Source of the DNA: an uncultured delta proteobacterium
GTDB lineage: Bacteria > Desulfobacterota > Desulfuromonadia > Desulfuromonadales > BM103
Direction of reading: 5' to 3'
NCBI GenBank assembly: GCA_963715335.1
Contig: CAVQRZ010000001.1
Location: 256,001 to 320,000 of the forward strand
Length of the DNA: 64,000 nucleotides
Both the position numbers and the translations under genes were made by a program. Shown in pieces: positions 58,579 to 64,000 of this stretch. Under the pieces are notes generated by a model. It ran no database searches. It was given only the letters and a program-made list of their open reading frames with translations, and was not told where the DNA came from. Position 1 is the first letter of the stretch. Each line of letters starts with the position of its first letter.

Positions 58579-59007
58579 ATGGAAACGAAAATACTGATTC
58601 CGGTCGACGGCTCCAACACTGCAGGACGCACGCTGGTAAAAATCATCTCTCTGAAAGAACGTTTCCCGAAGCAGCTGACCCTGCTGCACGTTGTGGATGT
58701 CGACAAGCTCGCCTATCGCATGATTCCCGATTTCCAGATCGACATGATCCGCGAAAATGCCCGCAGGGCTGGCCAACTGGTACTCGATGAACGCACCAGA
58801 GCCCTTACAGAAGCGGGCTTTACGGTCGAGGCGCGGCTCGAAGTCGGCTCGCCGCGGCAAACGATCTGCAAGGTCGCAAATGAAGAGGCCTTTCAGCTCA
58901 CGATCATCGGCCGGCGAGAAAGCACCGGCGAAATCCGCGACGTCCTGTTCGGCTCGGTCGCCAATTACGTTCTGCACAACGTGGCCTGTCCGGTCCTGCT
59001 CTTCTGA
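58579..59007 (+). CDS. Universal stress protein (TeaD-like position)
   Basis: ILIPVDGS, LLHV, LFGSVANYVLHNVACPVL. Confidence 0.92.
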   Translation: METKILIPVDGSNTAGRTLVKIISLKERFPKQLTLLHVVDVDKLAYRMIPDFQIDMIRENARRAGQLVLDERTRALTEAGFTVEARLEVGSPRQTICKVANEEAFQLTIIGRRESTGEIRDVLFGSVANYVLHNVACPVLLF

Positions 59008-59028
59008 TCTTTTCCTGCCAGAGGTGTC

Positions 59029-60528
59029 ATGAATTTTTCCAACGATGACCTGAATTACCTCAAGCGCCTCGGCATCGTCCCCGCGAAAGCCGTGCGCCAG
59101 ATCACCCTGCTGCGCACCGGGCAGATCGATATCAAACTGGAGCGCCCCTGTACTGCGGGAGACGGCATCATTCAGATCCGCCCGGAATCACACGCGCGCC
59201 TGAACATGGTGTTTGAAACCGCTGCGGCTACGGGCAGGTTGCTCCGTTTTGTCCCCGCCTCAGGCGCCGCTTCGCGCATGTTCAGGCACCTTCGCGCAGC
59301 CCGAACAGACAAAACGGGAACCCTGCACGAGACAGACCTGCAACGTTTTCTGGATAACCTGGACAAGTTCGCGTTTTACAATGACCTGCAAAAGGCCATG
59401 GCCGAAGACGGGCAGGACCTGGTTCGAGCCGTGGCAGACCGTGACTTGCCACAGATCACCAGCTACTTGCTCGACCCCTGCGGTCTCAGTTATGCCCTCC
59501 TGCCCAAGGGGCTGCTGGCTTTTCATTCCGCCGTCGATGGAGCCCGTACACCCTTTATCGAACATTTGGCCGAAGCGGCCCTGCTGAGCGGTCTTGACCG
59601 CGACGTTGACCTGCACTTCACGGTGTCACCCGAGCACCTGCCGCTCTTCAAAGCGCAACTCTCCGCCTGGCTCAAAACCCTTGAAGACACCTACGGCTGT
59701 CATTTCAGAGTCAGCTACTCGGAGCAGAAGCCGTCGACCGGCACCCTGGTTCTGGACGCCTCGGGACAGCCTTTGCGCGATGCCAAGGGCCAACTGGTCG
59801 TGCGCCACGGCGGTCACGGTGCCCTGGTAGAGAACCTCAACGATCTGGCTGCCGACATCCTGCTGGTGCGCAACATCGACAATGTCGTCCCCGATTCACG
59901 AAAGCAGACCAACCTGACCTGGACCAGGCTCCTGACTGGCTACCTCATCGAGGTTCAAAAGGAACAGCACGCCCACCTCAAAGCCCTGCAGGGCCAGCCG
60001 GACGATCCCATGGTGCGCGAGCGGGCTATCAGCTTCCTTGTCGACCGGTTGCAGAGCGAGGTGTCGCCGGCCAGCGACAACCAGGCCCTGATCAAGGAGC
60101 TGGACAGGCCGATTCGGGCTTGCGGCATGGTGGCGAACAGCGGCGAACCCGGCGGCGGCCCTTTCTGGGTACGAGACCAGCAGGGACGGATGACCAGGCA
60201 GATCGTCGAAACGGCGCAGATCGACAAAAGCAATCCCGGGCAGGCCGCGATCCTGTCAAACGCCACCCATTTCAACCCGGTCGACATGGTTTGCGGCGTT
60301 CGGGACTGGCAGGGCAGGCCCTACGACCTGACCCGCTTCGTCGATGACGATGCCGTGATCATCACCACCAAGCACCAGGGAGACAGGGATCTTCGCGTCC
60401 TGGAACTGCCCGGCCTGTGGAACGGTGGCATGGCCGGCTGGCATACCCTGTTTGTCGAAATCCCCGCCGAAGCCTTCAACCCGGTCAAAACCGTTTTCGA
60501 CCTGCTGCGCCCGGCGCATCAGGGATAG
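59029..60528 (+). CDS. DUF4301 family protein
   Basis: FVPASGAASRMF, GGHGAL, NIDNV, GEPGGGPFW, THFNPVD, ELPGLWNG.MA, FNPVKTV. Confidence 0.88.
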   Translation: MNFSNDDLNYLKRLGIVPAKAVRQITLLRTGQIDIKLERPCTAGDGIIQIRPESHARLNMVFETAAATGRLLRFVPASGAASRMFRHLRAARTDKTGTLHETDLQRFLDNLDKFAFYNDLQKAMAEDGQDLVRAVADRDLPQITSYLLDPCGLSYALLPKGLLAFHSAVDGARTPFIEHLAEAALLSGLDRDVDLHFTVSPEHLPLFKAQLSAWLKTLEDTYGCHFRVSYSEQKPSTGTLVLDASGQPLRDAKGQLVVRHGGHGALVENLNDLAADILLVRNIDNVVPDSRKQTNLTWTRLLTGYLIEVQKEQHAHLKALQGQPDDPMVRERAISFLVDRLQSEVSPASDNQALIKELDRPIRACGMVANSGEPGGGPFWVRDQQGRMTRQIVETAQIDKSNPGQAAILSNATHFNPVDMVCGVRDWQGRPYDLTRFVDDDAVIITTKHQGDRDLRVLELPGLWNGGMAGWHTLFVEIPAEAFNPVKTVFDLLRPAHQG

Positions 60529-60697
60529 CGGCGGACTTCCCGTGTGAACGGAGCACAACCATAAAAGGGGCGGCCATGCAGCCGTCCTTGCTGCTTTTAC
60601 CTTTAACAAAGTTGTCGCGGAAAGTTTCTCTCTGCCTCAGGCATGCTAAACTGAATTAACTGTTCTCGCCTAAGCCCCACAAAAACAGGAGTCAGTA

Positions 60698-61120
60698 ATG
60701 AAAGATACCTTACAGAACGGCTTGACGTTCACACACCGCTACCTGGTCCCGCAAGAGAAAACCGTGCCCTTTGTTTTTCAGGAATCCGATCTTTTCCGGG
60801 CAATGCCGCCCGTATTTGCGACGGCATTCATGGTCGGCCTGATGGAATGGGCGTGCATGGAAGCGTTGCGGCCATACATGAGCGACGGTGAAATCAGCCT
60901 CGGGACGAATATCTGTGTAACCCATTCGGCCGCCACGCCGCCGGGCATGCACGTCGACGTCGAAGTCACCCTGCTGGAAGTCAACGGCCCGCGGACCAAG
61001 TGGTCGATTGTCGCCAGAGACGAGCAGGAGGTGATCGGGGAGGGGACTCACGAAAGGTTTTCCATTGACGGAGGTAAATTCGGCAGCATCGTCGCCAAAA
61101 AAGCTGACCGAGTACCCTAG
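60698..61120 (+). CDS. Hot-dog thioesterase, fluoroacetyl-CoA thioesterase (FlK)-like
   Basis: VFATAFMVGLMEWAC and THSAATPPG (Thr/Glu/His triad), GTHERF. Confidence 0.85.
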   Translation: MKDTLQNGLTFTHRYLVPQEKTVPFVFQESDLFRAMPPVFATAFMVGLMEWACMEALRPYMSDGEISLGTNICVTHSAATPPGMHVDVEVTLLEVNGPRTKWSIVARDEQEVIGEGTHERFSIDGGKFGSIVAKKADRVP

Positions 61121-61202
61121 ACAGCCCCGATACGGGAAACCGCCGCAGACTTGTTTGTTCCGGCCTTGGTCCGCTCGCAAACATTGAACCCGGAAACTTA
61201 GA

Positions 61203-63306
61203 ATGCCCCGTTCCGAACATCATAATCGCCTGCTCGATGCCGTGACAGCGGATTTCGCCATCGTCCGTGGCCGGCCCCGACCGTTCGGCGTCTCATTGCT
61301 GGCTGAAGGGGTCAACTTCGCTGTTTTCTCACGTCACGCCGAAGCGATTAGCCTGGTCCTGTTTCGTCCCGGCGACCTGACCCCCCTGGTCGAATTTCCT
61401 CTCGACCCGACCATCAATCGTACCGGTGATGTCTGGCATATCAGCCTGCAGGGACTGGTCCCGGGCTTCGAATACGGCTACCGCGTTGTCAGCAACCCGA
61501 ACAAGGTCTCCCCGATCCACCGTTTCGATGCAGACAGGGTTGTCCTCGACCCTTACGCAAAGGCGATTTCGGGGCCCTCCCTGTGGCGAGCGGCAAGCCG
61601 CGAAGCATCAAGACACGGCGACTGGCGCGGTCTGCTGGTGGACGACAGTTTTGATTGGGGAATGGACCAACCGCTCAACCGGCACCTGGCCGATTCTATA
61701 ATCTACGAACTGCACGTCCGCGGCTTTACCCGCCACGATTCGGCGGGCGTGACCCATCCCGGCACCTTCCGCGGCATCATCGAGAAGATCCCCTACCTCC
61801 TGGAATTGGGGGTAACCGCGGTAGAACTTCTGCCGGTCACTGAATTCGACGAAGCTGACAACTACCGCAAGAACCCCCTGACCGGCGATGGTCTGCACAA
61901 TTTCTGGGGCTACCATCCCTTGAGTTTTTTTGCTCCCAAGGCCGCCTATGCCGTGGAACTGACCCAGGACGCCCAGGTCCGTGAATTCAAGGAGATGGTC
62001 AAGGCGCTACATGCCGCAGGGATTGAGGTGATTCTCGACATGGTTTTCAATCACACCGGTGAGGGGAACGAAAAAGGCCGAACCCTGTCGATGCGCGGTC
62101 TGGACAACAGTATCTACTACATCGTCGATCCGAAGACCGGAGCCTACGCCAACTACTCGGGATGCGGCAACACCGTCAACTGCAATCACCCGGTGGTGCG
62201 CGACCTGATCATCGATGCCCTGTGCTACTGGGTCACCGAGATGCATGTCGACGGCTTCCGCTTCGATCTGGCTTCAATCCTTGGCCGCGGACCCGACGGC
62301 GAAGTCCTGACCAACCCGCCGCTTTTGGAACGCATTGCCGGCAACCCGGTGTTGGCCAACACCAAGTTGATCGCCGAAGCCTGGGACGCCGCCGGTCTCT
62401 ACCAGGTCGGCAGTTTCCCTAATTTCGGCCGCTGGGCGGAATGGAACGGCAAGTTCCGTGATGATCTCCGCCGCTTTGTGCGCGGTGACAAAGGCATGGT
62501 TCCGGTCCTGGCCACGCGCCTTGCCGGCAGCGCCGACCTCTACCAGAAAGGCGGCCGCGCCCCCTATCACAGCATCAACTTCGTCACCAGCCACGACGGC
62601 TTCACCCTCACCGATCTGGTCAGCTACGCAACCAAGCACAACGAGGCCAACGGCGAATTCAACGCCGACGGCGACAACCACAACCTGAGCGACAACTACG
62701 GCGTCGAAGGCCCCACGGACAACCCGGACATTCTCACTCTGCGCGAACAACAGGTCCGCAACTTCGCCACCCTGCTGATCCTCGCCCACGGCGTTCCGAT
62801 GCTGCTGGCCGGCGATGAGATGGGCCGCAGCCAGGGCGGCAACAACAACGCCTGGTGCCAGGACAACGAGATCAGCTGGCTGAACTGGGACCACCTCGAA
62901 GTCAACCGGAACCGGTTCACGTTTTTCCGCAATCTGATCGCTTTCCGGCAAAAACATCCGTTGCTGCGACCGCAGCATTTCGAAGGCGAGGAAAGTGGCG
63001 AGCGCCGTCTGACCTGGCATGGCCGTGAACCCGGCCGCCCCGACTGGTCGGACACATCACAGTCCCTTGGAATGCACCTGCAGGGACAATCCGGTGAGGC
63101 CGAGATTTATCTGATCGCTCATGCCGGCAAGGCTGATGCACGCTTCAACCTGCCGCCGTCAGACAACCGTTCGCCATGGCGGCTCTTCGTTGACACAGCC
63201 CTGCCGATCGGACAGGCCAGCGCAGTCCCGGGCGAAGGAGCGGTCTCTGGTGAATCAGGGGAGTTATAACGTTATGAAAAATTCAGTGGTGGTATTGGTG
63301 CGATAG
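61203..63306 (+). CDS. glgX: Glycogen debranching enzyme; apparent frameshift near 63232-63238 (uninterrupted ORF ends 63269)
   Basis: CBM48 N-terminus, IYELHVRGF, NFWGY, DGFRFDLA, AEAWD, TSHDGFTL, GNNNAWCQDN; typical C-terminus YNVMKNSVVVLVR in a shifted frame. Confidence 0.93.
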
Positions 63307-63312
63307 GACGCT

Positions 63313-63423
63313 TCACTCTGCGGCGAGCAGCGACAGAGCAACCTGCAGGATCAGCACGACCGTCATCAAAACGACACAGCCGCCGATCACCAGGGCCAGG
63401 GTTATGCCAAGGGTCTTTTTGAT
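63313..63423 (-). CDS. Candidate single-TM small protein with non-canonical start
   Basis: GGGAGAG RBS then ATC-start IKKTLGITLALVIGGCVVLMTVVLILQVALSLLAAE-stop. Confidence 0.3.
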   Translation of the reverse strand: MKKTLGITLALVIGGCVVLMTVVLILQVALSLLAAE

Positions 63424-63532
63424 CGTGAACTCTCCCGTCTAGGCCTTCATGAAAAGTCTGCAGCAGCAGGATCAGGAGTCAGGCAAAGGGACCAGCCAGA
63501 GCTCCTCCCGAAATAAAGATCCGAAAGGGAAA

Positions 63533-63553
63533 GGGGGCCCAGTTCGACCCCCC
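63533..63553 (-). terminator. Putative terminator of the ArsC-family selenoprotein gene
   Basis: Minus strand GGGGGTC-GAACTG-GGCCCCC followed by TTTCCCTTT. Confidence 0.5.
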
Positions 63554-63588
63554 CTGCCTTCCATAATCAATAACATTCAGCGAACCTT

Positions 63589-63927
63589 CTACTTCACCCA
63601 GTCCGCGTAAAGCTCGGCATTAAAGCCTATGACGAACCGGTCTTTGACCCGGTAGGTCGGTGCACGCAAATTGCCGCTCGGCCCCATGGCATGTTTGAGA
63701 ATCTCATCTTTTTCGGTTCTGGCCGAGGTGAAGTTCTGCACCTTCTTGCCCTTGGCAATAGCGATCGAAGCGGCATCTTTAAGCATCTGCCAGGCGGCCG
63801 TTTCATCGATTCTGGTTTGCTTGGCATCAACAACTTCTGCAATACTTACCTGCCTGCTCTCAAGAAACTCTTGAGCATTATTACAGGACGTTCACCCCTT
63901 GCGTAGATATGCCCAGTCAATTTTCAT
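63589..63927 (-). CDS. ArsC-family thioredoxin-fold selenoprotein (UxxC), 112 aa
   Basis: GGAGG RBS, ATG 63927, MKIDWAYLRKG-TGA-TSC in frame with the downstream ORF ending GPSGNLRAPT...IGFN. Confidence 0.88.
63859..63875 (-). promoter_or_regulatory. Putative bacterial SECIS hairpin
   Basis: CTCAAGA-GTT-TCTTGAG stem begins 16 nt after the in-frame TGA; G-led apical loop. Confidence 0.7.
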
Positions 63928-64000
63928 CCTGACCTCCCTAGGTTGTAAATTATGCCGTAAAGAGTATCATATCTTCCTTGTCAATTCCCAAGCGGCGGAC

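Noticed and set aside
63531..63563. tRNA or selC fragment (GTTCGA followed by CCTTCCA)
   Set aside because: No cloverleaf or acceptor pairing upstream; better explained as a minus-strand terminator
1..64000. CRISPR array, rRNA, tRNA, prophage or IS element
   Set aside because: No regularly spaced repeats, structural RNA signatures, phage genes or transposases recognised by eye; tRNAscan, Infernal and ISEScan would be needed to exclude them formally

Overview
GC-rich bacterial chromosomal segment. Gene content (Dif-like che cluster, PEP-CTERM protein, MshEN-PilB-type ATPase, HDOD, a selenoprotein) suggests an anaerobic Desulfobacterota member, probably Desulfuromonadales; this is an inference. 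Core genes: pckA (partial), aapJQMP amino-acid ABC transporter, thiL-cheR-mcp-cheW-cheY-cheA-cheC-cheD-lolA, rimO-apbE-NusG-II-Gx, hslO, malonyl-CoA decarboxylase, tatD-tcdA-tauE, an RND system, a TRAP system with USP and DUF4301, and glgX. Two AT-rich accessory patches are present. The first (~25.8-31.7 kb) holds a sigma54-driven PEP-CTERM gene, a diguanylate cyclase, PilZ and BLUF. The second (~47.9-49.4 kb) holds a GT2 remnant and a RelBE-type toxin-antitoxin pair. Highlights: (1) a B12-dependent CarH/LitR-type photoreceptor divergent from a furan-fatty-acid-like operon with a DUF1365-CFA-synthase (UfaO-UfaM-like) fusion, less than 2 kb from a bPAC-like stand-alone BLUF protein; (2) a UxxC ArsC-family selenoprotein with a SECIS-like hairpin, only partly captured by the ORF track; (3) an ApbE + EetA/EetB-like flavinylation module; (4) recurring CCCC/GGGG end-like motifs at accessory cassette edges; (5) two single-base frameshifts (RND adaptor, glgX) that may be assembly errors. 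No rRNA, tRNA, CRISPR array, integrase or transposase was recognised. All family assignments come from motif recognition by eye, not database searches.
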